A stretch of DNA of 64,000 nt from Candidatus Dormiibacterota bacterium (lineage in GTDB: Bacteria; Chloroflexota; Dormibacteria; Aeolococcales; Aeolococcaceae), in NCBI GenBank assembly GCA_963748505.1, contig CAVVJH010000016.1:78292-142291 (forward strand), given 5' to 3'. A model generated the notes under the pieces. It saw only the letters and a program-made list of their open reading frames with translations. It did not search any database and was not told the DNA's origin. Below, one piece after another: positions 8,989-19,228 of the stretch; within the stretch, counting starts at the first letter, position 1; each line of letters starts with the position of its first letter. Both the position numbers and the translations under genes were made by a program.

Positions 8989-11900
8989 AGCGTGAAAAAC
9001 GTGCTGGCGGTACCGGCAACGGCGGTGAGGTTGATGACCACCGCGAGCGGTGGGGTCCCGCTCATCAACGGCACCTCGCGAACGCCGGCAACCGGAATCG
9101 CCAGCGCCGAATTGCCTCCGAGCGTCTTGCCGGCGCACTCAGTCGTCTGAACCAGTCCGCGTGTCGCAGATGCGCGTGGGCGCCACCGAGTTGAACAATG
9201 CGCCGGGCGTGGTCTCGGCGCCGGTGCCAAACCAGCCGTCGACGTCGACGATGAAGTTGATCGTCCCGACGCTGTTGAAGACGCACACGTCATTGCGCGG
9301 CCCCAGCGCAGAGATCACGCGGATCGCCAGACTCGCTCCCGCCCCTGGATTCACGTTGGACGCGAGCGGATGGGCGGGACACTGGTCGCTGCTGTTCGGT
9401 GGCGCGACCGACAGATAGGTCGGCGCGGTCCCTCCCGTCGCGGTGAGATTGAAGACAGCCGCAGCGGCAGTGCCGTCCGCAGGTATCGACGGAGTGCCGG
9501 GCGGTGTGCCGGGCGGCAGACCCGAGAGCACGACATCGCGCCAGGATCCGCCTGACAAACCTCCACTCCCCGTGCTGTTGCAACCGGACGGCACGCGTGT
9601 GTCGCACCTCCGGAGCGGTGGAATGCTGTGGAACTCACCGGGAACGGTCCCGGAGCCCGTCGGCGTGGCGAAGTATCCCTCGACGTCGACGATCACATCG
9701 ACGCTGCCCGCTGCGTTGAAGATCGTGATGGCTCCCCCGGCGCTCAGCCGAACGATCGCGAGGTTCGTGGCAACGCCACTGGTGCCGAGGTTGATGTTCG
9801 ACGCCAGGGGACGCGCGACACCCGCGGGGAACGCCGAGATAAGGTCCTCCATTCGTCTCGTTGACGGCGGTCAGGTTCACCACGACAGCACGCGTGCCCG
9901 CAGGTACCGATCCGCCGGTGATCTGGACGTTCACCGTGCCACCAGCGCGCAGCGTCTTGCCCTTGCACTGATTTGCCGGGGGTGGATGGCGACGATCGAG
10001 TGTCGCAGGTGCGGAATGGCGTCAGCGCGTGATATCCGGTTGGGTCGAGATAGACGTACGCCGACGGATCAACGGCAGTGCTGTGATCGGGATTGCTGAT
10101 CGTCAGCGCGACCGCACCAGCACCCGTCGAGGCGGGAACGGTCGCCGACCACGAGTTGGTGCCCGATGTTGGTGAGTGCCAGCGCGTGACCACCGAGTGA
10201 CATCGTCACCCCAGGTTGCAGGTCGACGCCACTGATGTGCATCGTGCCACCGCCGGCAAGCGAGCCTGATGCCGGAGTGATGGCAAGAACACCGGGACCG
10301 ACCTCGAGCTTACCGGCGCCCCACGTCGTCACGGCACCACCACTCGTGAGTGGCGCGGTGCTCGCGGATTGCGCGAGCAGCGATTTTGCCTGTGCAACAT
10401 CGATGGTCGGTTGCTGCTCGAGCAGCAGGGCGAGCGCTCCCGCCACGTGCGGGGACGCCATGCTCGTGCCCTGGAGAAAGAAATGGTTGCCATCCGGCGC
10501 GGTGCAGCCCTGCGTCGTGCCGGCGGGGCAATCACTGGTGATGGAGCCTGCCGCAGATGACAACGACGAGCCGATCTCCTCACCCGGCGCGACGATGTCG
10601 ATGCCATTGCGCCCGTCAAGGGTTGGGCCATGTCCGCTGAAGTCACTGATGGCGCCGGTCGCTGCCTGCTCGCTTTCAGTGCCCGCCTCGCTCGGCCACG
10701 AATTCCTGCTGACAGTAGCTCCCAACGCTGATGACGTCATGTGCGCTCGCCGGCTCGTCAAGGGTGGAGTTGTCGTTGCCATCGCCGTTGTAGAAGAAGT
10801 AGTCACCCTGGTTGAACGTCCAGGCGTTGTATTGACCGGTTGGCACGCTGTTGCCCTGCAGCAGCAGGTGGAATTCGTCGAAACAGTCGTCCCCGTCCGC
10901 GCATTGGTGCTGGTCGACCGGAGAGATGAGACCGTCGCCTGCTGTCGTTGGGGTTGAACAGCGCGATCTCAATCTCGTTCATGCCGTTGTTCGGCATGTG
11001 CGTGCACGAGAGGATCTCAATGATGTTGTTGTATTGGTCCGTGAACTCGTCGTTGCCCGGTGTCGGTTGCGTACAGGTGCCGTCCTCGCCCGACATACCA
11101 GTTGTGTCCGGCGCGACCCATGGCGTCTGTCCGTTGTCCGTCTCCGCGACGGCGGCGGAAATCGAGTCACGGCCCGGGTACCAGAGATCGAGAAAGACGG
11201 GGAGTGATTGCACCACCAGCCCATCGGTACGCACCTGGCCGAAGGCGACAGTGCCGCTCGCGTGGTAGTGAAACGCCGAGTCACCCGTCGAACTCGTTAC
11301 CGCCGGCGACGCTGATCAACTTTCCGGGCCCGGTGAGTGCATCGAGCATGGTCTCGAACATATCGCTGCCGTCGTGCGGACCTTCGTTGGTGCCAAGGCT
11401 GATATTCACCGATGCCGCCTCGCCTCGCGATGCCGCGACCTTAAAGATGTAGGCGACACCGTCGACGATGTGCGCCAGGTCGAAGTCACTCTTGACGATC
11501 ACCAGATCCGCTTGCGGGGCCACGCCGATATAGGTTCCAAACGGCGCTGCGCGTCCATTCCCCGCCGCGATCCCGGTCACATGCGTGCCGTGCCCGTCGC
11601 AATCGATCTCGGCCAGGGAGACCACTGTTGCAGCGGGAAGGCCGACCGGCGAATTACAGCTGTCGCCGCCATTGACGTCGCCGTACGAGAACGGGCCGCA
11701 GCTCGCCGCGTTGATCGCCGCACTCCCGCATTCGGCACCGTAGTTGAAGCCCTGGGAGTTCGGGGGCTGAGTCGGACATGCGTTGCTCGAAGGGTTGGGG
11801 CACGCGGCCTGGTCCCAGAAGTCGACGATGCGCGTGCCGCTGTTGGTCTGGAAGTCGGCATTCGCGAGGTCGATGCCCGTATCGACGACGCCGACCACCG

Positions 11901-13633
11901 TGCCCTGGCCTGTGTCTCCACTGAACGTCGGAGGTGCCGGTACGGGGTTGATGACACTGGGCGCGAAATCGACAAACCCTGAGTCGCTGACGGAGTAGAC
12001 CCCGGCCGCACTCACCGCCGGCGATGACGCGTCGTCCGAAGCGAAGGTGCTTGACTGCACGACGGCGCCGGTGTACTCGTTGTAGCCAAAGGCGTTCGCC
12101 AGGTTCCCTCCACCAGCATCGACATAGACGACGCCATTTGCGGCGACAGGGGGTGTCGGCAAGTTTGGCGTCGGAAAGGATGCGTCACTCCAATCGAGTC
12201 CGCCCGTGGCTGCGTCGTACGCGTTGAATCTGATGGCCGTGACCGTGTCCTCGGGATCCACCAACGTGAAGATCCGGCCGCTGTCGTAGGCCAGGCCGAC
12301 GATCGCCGGCTTGGCCAAAGGTGCCTGCCACGCGACGGATCCATCGGACTCGTTCAGCGCGTATAACGTCGCGACGCCGTTGAAGTCCGGCGGAACCGCT
12401 GCAGCCTGGGCGATCACGTACACCAATCCGTTCGCAATCAGGGCGTTGGAAACGACTGCTCCGAGGGTGACACTCCACTTCGGAGCCGCCGCGAGGGGAG
12501 CCGTGAGACTGTCATTCGGCTGATCGCCGTTGTGAGCCGGATCAATTTGATACGCCGAGTTGATATCCGTCGATCGGATCACTGTTGTGTCGCCGAAGGC
12601 GGTGAGCGTGCCCGTCGCCGGCACGATCAACATGCCGCCTCCCACCGACAGACCGCCGGTAAAGCTGGGGGACGGTGCCTGGATGTCTTCTACTGCCGGA
12701 AGGATAGGGGCACCCGCGTTCCCGACCCAGATGGGCGTGTTCACTCCGTTGACGGCCTCAGGGAGCGCATACACCTTTCCTGATGCGGCGCCGACGTAGA
12801 CCGTCCCGTTCACGACCACAGGCGCGGTGCTCGGTTCGGCGTTTGCCGTCCCATCACCGGCGTAGGTCCAGTTGTCGGTGCCGGTCGCAGTGAGGACGCC
12901 GGCGCTGACGGAGAACATCTCGGTCGCGTCGAATGCCGGCGCAAGCGTCGCGGTGAACGTTCCCGTCACCTGACCGCTTGTGGCGTCGAGCGTTTTGTTG
13001 CCGATAAAGGTGTTGCGGGCGTACACCACGCCACCGTCAAGCACCGGCACACGCGTGTCACCTGAGCAACAGCGGCTGGAACTGCCCTGGTCCTGCCACA
13101 CAACCCCGCCGCCCTGCGTCGTGACGTATGGCCCATCCGATCCGCCGGTGCCGGACCACAGATGCGGGACACCCGCCGTGCTGGCGTGGCCCGGTTCCGA
13201 CGCGTGAATCGCGGGCACGCTGACGTCGAGCTGCCGAGTGGCCTGGGCGGCGAGCTCCACCTCGGTGATCCCCGGAAGCTGCTCAAGCAGGGCCAACTGG
13301 GCGAGCGTTGCGTCCGCGGTCGCGCCGACGCTGAGCACGGTTCCCGGTAAGGCGCCTGTCCGGGCTATCGCCTGGGCGGTCGTACTGCCTCGGAGAAAGA
13401 CGCCATAGGTGGTGCCCCGCTTGGTCGTTCTGCCCTGCAACCATGCGGTTGGGAGTCGGTGTCCGTGCGCGCTCGCCGCAATCGCCGAACTCGGCGAGTG
13501 GCCCGAGAATCGCATGATGGCCGGCGACCTTGGTCGGCGCAGCTACCCCGGTCACCTGCTGCGACCAGAGTGCGACTGCAAGACCCGCGACCGCAGCTAC
13601 GCACGCGAAGCGCTTCAAGCGTCTTCCTCGCAT
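8802..13633 (-). pseudogene. Very large secreted subtilase (S8) with BamB/PQQ-like beta-propeller, IPT/TIG and three PxRxCDTR...GWF repeats; at least 7 frame breaks as sequenced
   Basis: Signal peptide MRGRRLKRFACVAAVAGLAVAL (13633). Pro-region-like YGVFLRGSTT...ITEVE. Propeller repeats GKVYALPE, TLYALNESDGSVAWQ, GVVYVDAGGG. Catalytic Asp VVGVVDTGID, His DGHGTHVTGIAAG and Ser GTSMASPHVAGALALL lie in fragments 11281..13515 and 10069..10806. IPT is LAITPASGSLAGGGTMHISG. Repeats FRTCDTR, LRRCDTR and TRICDTR lie in fragments 9744..10193, 9139..9852 and 8802..9293. The gene ends DVAGWFQ-stop. Confidence 0.75.
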
Positions 13634-13815
13634 CCGCGAAGCGCATCGACGGCGGGCGCCACTGTGTCTGGCGCGCGGCCGTAGTCCACTATCTGCACTG
13701 CAACCTCAGCTCACCAAATCCCTTGACCGCGGCAGCCCTGTCAGACCGCTGCTGTTCAGCGTACTCGATGGATACGGCGCAAAACCGTGATCCGCCGGCG
13801 AGGATTAGCTCGAAG

Positions 13816-13889
13816 TGGGCGGGCCAGGATTCGAACCTGGGACCGTGGGGTTATGAGCCCCCTGCTCTAACCGGCTGAGCTACCCGCCC
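13816..13889 (-). tRNA. tRNA-Met (anticodon CAT; elongator type by G1:C72; an Ile2/lysidine tRNA cannot be excluded)
   Basis: GGGCGGGTAGCTCAGCCGGTTAGAGCAGGGGGCTCATAACCCCACGGTCCCAGGTTCGAATCCTGGCCCGCCCA folds as a cloverleaf. CCA is not encoded. Confidence 0.9.
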
Positions 13890-13954
13890 TGGGGCCAACT
13901 TTAGCCTGAGACGGCCGGCTGCATGAACCCAGCGATCTCGGCCACCATAGAGAG

Positions 13955-14542
13955 ATGAGTGAGATTCCTGCGGTGGTCGCCGACTGCGATCGCACCTTCG
14001 CAGCCGTCCAGCGGCTGGTCGACGGCACACGTCCCGACCAATGGTCAGCACCGACGCCGTGCACGGACTGGGACGTCCGTCAGCTGATGAACCACGTCGC
14101 CAACGGCAACGTCGTTTTCGCGGGCGTCGCTGACGGGACGCGCCCCTCGGGCCCGGTCACCCCGGAAGAGCGTGCGGTCGATCGGCTGGGCAACGCCCCG
14201 GCGGCGGGATTCCGGGCAACCGGTGAGCGCATGCACGATGCTTTCGTCATCCCAGGGTTCCTCGATCGTCAGGTCGACACGCCGATGCTCGGAGTGCAGG
14301 AGGGCAGGACAATCGTGCACATGCGCATCAACGAGTTGCTCATCCACGGCTGGGACCTCGCCCGCGCCACCGGGCAGACTGATGGCCTCCCCGACGACCT
14401 GGCCGAGGGCGCATTGCGGATGTGGCAGACACGACTCGCGGATCGACCGCGGGAGGGAATGCCGTTCGGCACGCCGGGGACCGTCCCCGATGACGCGCGT
14501 GCCATCGACCGGCTCGCCGCTTTCCTGGGACGTCAGCCCTGA
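13955..14542 (+). CDS. DinB-like / mycothiol-dependent maleylpyruvate isomerase N-terminal family protein (TIGR03086-like)
   Basis: WSAPTPCTDWDVRQLMNHV...ELLIHGWDLARATG. Confidence 0.65.
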   Translation: MSEIPAVVADCDRTFAAVQRLVDGTRPDQWSAPTPCTDWDVRQLMNHVANGNVVFAGVADGTRPSGPVTPEERAVDRLGNAPAAGFRATGERMHDAFVIPGFLDRQVDTPMLGVQEGRTIVHMRINELLIHGWDLARATGQTDGLPDDLAEGALRMWQTRLADRPREGMPFGTPGTVPDDARAIDRLAAFLGRQP

Positions 14543-14562
14543 GCACTCCGGCCCCACACCGA

Positions 14563-15078
14563 CCCAGCAAGGATCAGTACTTTCTACTGATTGCCCTTGC
14601 GGCACGCACGCGAGCCGACTGCCTCGGCCGGCGCGTCGGCGCGGTGATCACGCGTGACGCACGCGTGCTCAGCACCGGCTACAACGGCACGCCGTTCGGC
14701 ATGCCCAACTGTTCCGACGGGGGCTGCCATCGCTGCTCGCGGCGCGACGACGACCGCCTGCGCGGTGGCTCGTACGACATCTGCATCTGCGTGCACGCCG
14801 AACAGAACGCACTGCTCACCGCTGCGCGATTCGGTCAACAGACGCTGGGCGCGTCGATGACCTCAACCATGCAACCGTGCTTTGGTTGTTTGAAGGAGAT
14901 GCTCCAGGCGGGGATCACCGAAGTGCACTACCTGCATCCGTGGGATCCGATGGAGGCGTACGACGACAAGGCGCTCGTGCAGCAGTACGCGGCGTTGCGC
15001 GCGCGCTTCGACGTCTTCACGCAGGTCGGCGACCCGGCCAGGGATACTCCCGAACTCTTCGGTGCCTTTCTCGGCTGA
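14563..15078 (+). CDS. dCMP / cytidine-deoxycytidylate deaminase family protein; start codon unresolved
   Basis: KDQYFLLIALAARTRADCLGRRVGAVI... then the zinc motifs CVHAEQNA and PCFGCLKEMLQAGI. Homology starts upstream of the first ATG/GTG/TTG (14644). Confidence 0.75.
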   Translation, partial: PSKDQYFLLIALAARTRADCLGRRVGAVITRDARVLSTGYNGTPFGMPNCSDGGCHRCSRRDDDRLRGGSYDICICVHAEQNALLTAARFGQQTLGASMTSTMQPCFGCLKEMLQAGITEVHYLHPWDPMEAYDDKALVQQYAALRARFDVFTQVGDPARDTPELFGAFLG

Positions 15079-15086
15079 CCGCATGG

Positions 15087-15566
15087 TCACCCGGCGCCGA
15101 CTGGTCCCTCCGGCATCAGATCCATGAGGTACGCGGCGAGGTCCGGTGCGTCCGGCGCCAGAACATGGCGCACCCAGGCGCTTCGTTCGTAGGCAAGCGG
15201 TGGGAGTTCCCACACGCACCCGATCCATGGCTTGCTGAGCGCTTTGAAGTTGGTGGAATCCTCGTCGTCACACCCGAGGAATGGAATGCCCGCAGCCGCG
15301 TTGTGGCACTCGATGACGTTCCCCCACACCCAGCTGTAGGTATTGATGTACGTCGCGGTCCTCTGCCCACGATGCAGCACGATGAACGACGCGGGCGGCG
15401 TCTCGTCGTCGGGTTCGGGGAGCAGCTTCGGGAGAAACCTGATCGCCGCTTCCTGAACAGCGCCATCGATCTCGGAGTTGGTGTTGTTGACGTGATAGCG
15501 CTTGATGTGGCGACCGCTGACCTCGATGGCGGCAGGGGTGCGCAGGAATTTCTCGCGGAAAGGCAT
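15087..15566 (-). CDS. Hypothetical protein (159 aa)
   Basis: Clean ORF with no motif I recognise. Confidence 0.4.
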   Translation of the reverse strand: MPFREKFLRTPAAIEVSGRHIKRYHVNNTNSEIDGAVQEAAIRFLPKLLPEPDDETPPASFIVLHRGQRTATYINTYSWVWGNVIECHNAAAGIPFLGCDDEDSTNFKALSKPWIGCVWELPPLAYERSAWVRHVLAPDAPDLAAYLMDLMPEGPVGAG

Positions 15567-15622
15567 GCACCCAGCGTAACGCCTGGGCCAGGTCGGGATC
15601 GGTCAGATTCGGACAGGAACGT

Positions 15623-17288
15623 TCATGCGCTCGTCTGGTCGACGAGTTGCACACGCTCGCGCTCAACCGCCATTGCAATCTGGGCTACACGGGACAGCGT
15701 GTCGATCTCCGCCGGCAACTTGTCGTGCCGCCAGTGCGCGATGCGCGGAAAGCGCAGGGCGAAACCGGATTTGTGTCGCGCCGATACCTGCACGGCATCG
15801 AACGCGACCTCCAGCACGATGCGCGGCTGGACGGTGCGGTAGTGACCGTGGTCGGCCACGGTGATCTCGAGCAGCAGCGCGGTCATCTCCGCGATCTCGA
15901 CGTCGGTGAGCCCGGTGTAAGCCTTGCCGATCGTCACCAGTTGCTCGGTATCGTCGACACGCACCGCAAAGGTCACGTCGCTCAGCACACCGCGCCGCTT
16001 GCCGTGACCCCATTCCGCGCCCACGACGACAACGTCGAGCGTGTCGAGCGGACGCTTCAACTTCAGCCAGTTCAAGCCGCGCCGTCCCGGTGTGTATGGG
16101 GACTCGGGTTGCTTGAGCAGCAACCCTTCGTTCAAGCGCGCACGGGCGTCGTCGAAGCGACGGTCGACCTCGTCCTTGCCACGCACGCGCTCGAGATGCG
16201 CGAGTGCGAGTGGCGGTGGCACTGCCAGCGCCTCGAGACGCGCCCGCCGCTCCCGCAAGGGACTGTCGAGCACGACCTCGTCATCGACCATGAGGAGGTC
16301 CCAGGCCACGTAGATCACCTGCACGGCGGCCATGATCTCGGCGTCGGGGGCAACGCGGCCGAGGCGCGTCTGCAACGCATGGAAGGGCATCACGCGCCCC
16401 CCGTGGAAGGCGAGGATCTCACCGTCAAGCATCACGTCCGCTCGGAGTTGTGCGGCGCCGGCCACGATCTCCGGAAACTGGGCGGAGACGTTCTTCAAAT
16501 CTCGGCTGTACAGCGCCACCTCGGTACCGCGACGGTGGAGCTGGCATCGGATACCGTCATACTTGTCTTCAACCCAGACGTCCTCGCCGAGGCGATTGAT
16601 CGCCTCGGCGGCGTCGGCGACCGGTGAGGCAAGCATCGGTCGCAACGGGACGAACCAGTGCGGTGCTGCCGCATCGAGGCGTCCCGGAGCGAGCCAGGAT
16701 CGCCGCTTCACCGAGGTCGCCGGTCAACATCACCGCTCGATTCACTGCTGCGGGCGAGGCGTCGAACGCTGAGGCGATTGCGTCTTCAACCAGGCCCTCG
16801 CGCAAACCGATGCGCATGTCGGAGGTGATCAGCTTCGCGATGTAGCGGGCCTCATCCGGACCCACGCGGCTCAAGACCGCGCTGAGGAGCGCGTTGCGTT
16901 CGCGTGCAACGCGAGCGGCGGCAATCGCCGCGAAGGTGGCGTCGAGCTCGCTGATCGAGATGGGCTCCGTCTCGCGCCCTGCCACGCGCCCGAGGAGATC
17001 GGCGGTCACATCGCCCGCGTCCGAGTGCCGTCGCCAGGCCGCGCGCATGGTCGCGTCGTCGGCTCCGCTCACCTCGCGCAGCACGGTCGAGAATGCGGCG
17101 CCGCCAACGTTCAAGGTGCGCTGATCCCCCGCCGGAAACACCGAGCCACCGAAGTACCGTGCGGCCGGCGCGAGCTCGGCTTCGTCGGCGGCGGCGAAAA
17201 ACGCCGCGAGGTGGCGCACCTTCTCCAGCTTGGACGACGTTCCGGCGATGGCATCGCCGGTGCGGGCCAGCTCCTGCAGCGTGGTCAT
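15623..17288 (-). CDS. lig: ATP-dependent DNA ligase (N-terminal DNA-binding domain, adenylation and OB domains), one frame break near 16690
   Basis: Adenylation motif VEDKYDGIRCQLH, then LDGEILAF and EGLLLKQPESPY. The N-terminal fragment 16569..17453 begins at MTTLQELART (ATG 17288). Deleting one A in TCCGGGACGCC joins ...AILARSG to RLDAAAPHWFVPLRPMLASP. Composite length is 3n+1. Confidence 0.85.
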
Positions 17289-17340
17289 CCGCCGATCATC
17301 GCCCGAGCCGCCCTGGGGACGTCGCCCGGAGTGCCGGGTG

Positions 17341-19126
17341 CTACGGGGTCGGGGTGAAGACCGGCGGCGGATGGGCCGCACAGCCGTCGCACGCGGCCGA
17401 CCACCAGAGGCTCCCGCCGGCGCCCTGCCAGAAGGCGGCAACCGCCGTGCCATACCAGTTCACGGCCGACAGATTGGTTGCGGCCGCCACCTGGTTCAAC
17501 GATTGCGGGCCGACCCAGCCGTTGCCGGGGTTGTAGATGGCCGCGGCAAGACTGCCGCTCGGGCGCTGCATGACCACCGTCAATGCGCTGGTCGCCGACC
17601 CTGCGGCAGCCGGGCGCCCCATGCTCACCGACGAATCGACCTCGACCTGGTTGGGGCCGCCGTTCTCGGTGACACCGGCAGCCCAGACCGAGCCCGTCTG
17701 GGTGCGCCACACGGCGTCGACGGTTGCTGGCCCTGCAGCGACCACAGTGGGATCGCTGGCGAGCCCGCCCTGGCCAACCTCGTGCGCCCCGAACCACATG
17801 TTCGATGCACCCAGCTCAGTCCAGAGATTGCCTGCGCTGTCGCGCCAGACGACACCGATGGTGCCGTTGGAGGTGGCTACAGCATCCGGGTTGCCGGTGA
17901 CCGGGCCCGAGTTCAGCGGCATTGGGGCGGACCACGTGCCGCTGTAGGCGGCGGCCCACAGCGTCCCGTCGCGCGCCTTCCAGATCAATTCGATGTCACC
18001 CGGCGCCTGGCTGATCGCGGCTGGCGCTGAGCCGGCGGCGACCGCTCCCACCTGGATCTCCTGCGGCGCGAGCCAGGTCTCCGCACCGAAGAATCCACTC
18101 TGCGACTGGGCCTGCCAGATATCACCCGAGCTGTCGGCCCAGAAGGCGTCGATCTGTCCGGCCACCGGCGACACCGTCGTCGGGTCGGAGGCGACATTCG
18201 CCACCGGTGTGATGACCGCGGCGGCACCCGCCTGCCAACTCTCGTTGCGATAGGCGAGGTCGTAGAGCCTGGAATCGCTGCCGCGCCACACGACGTCCAT
18301 GTCGCCTGGCTGATCGGAGACGCTCTTCGGCGTCCCGGTGACGCCCGCCGCGGCGAGTTCGGCCGGAGCCTGCTCAGTCTCACGCAGCCATCCGATGAGC
18401 GGCGTATAGCCGTTGGCGGTCACACGTGATCCGTTCATGGGGAAGCGATCCGTCCCGGAGGATGTGGCGTTCTGCTCAACGATGTCGACGTAGCCCGGCC
18501 CGACATCGCGGACCACCGCGACGTGACCGGAGCCATCCCAGTAGCTCCCCAGCCAGCCCGGGCCGAAGATCATCAGGTCGCCCTGCATGGGGACGACGCC
18601 GCCACCATTGGGGAACTGTTCCAGTGGGATCGGCAGGTTCGGACCCACGCCCCACATGGTGCTGGCGCCGCCCCCGTGCCAGATCGCCGGCTCACCCCAC
18701 GCGTAGTACGCGTAGCGCTGCGCCAGCTCGCTGCACTGGAATTCGGGGCCAAACCTGCAGCCGTTGGGGGTGCCGCAGCCGACGTCGTTGAACGAGGATC
18801 CGTTGCCGTACGCGGTGAGGTTCGAGCAGTTGGTCACCCAGGTTGCCCAGGCGCATCCGCTGATGAGCGGGGCGCCATAGTTCCCGGTCCCGGCGACAAG
18901 CGCCTGCAACATTCCGTGGGTCACGGTCGGCGCCGCCGGGCGCCGGGGCGTGGGCCACTGCCGGAGCGCCCTTGGTCAAGGCCACCACGGCGCCGATGCC
19001 CTGCGCAGCCGGAACCGCGGAAAGCGCTCTGCTGGGGGCCGCAGCGCCGGCGCTCACCAAAGGAGCGACGCTCGCGGATCCAGCGAGCAGCGCGGCAAGC
19101 GCCAGTCGATGGAGGGACGAATGCAT
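17341..19126 (-). CDS. Secreted CHAP-domain amidase fused to a ~7-blade beta-propeller (tectonin/PLL-lectin-like repeats); frame break near 18930-18960
   Basis: Signal peptide MHSSLHRLALAALLAGSASVA (fragment 18692..19126). CHAP motifs CSELAQRYAYYAWGE...GHVAVVRDV. Seven repeats of the type (V/I)xxxW(R/K)xxxGxLW. Confidence 0.7.
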
Positions 19127-19228
19127 GCGAGCCCAGCCTGCCAGACGTCATCTGACGTTGCCGTCACATGGTCGAAACGATCGAGTTCGCCTGCCCATGA
19201 CGGCGCCAGCCGCCACGAGGCGGAATTC

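Noticed and set aside
8802-13955. Genomic island integrated at tRNA-Met
   Set aside because: I found no integrase or excisionase, no direct repeat of the tRNA 3' end, and no obvious compositional break. Proximity alone is weak evidence.
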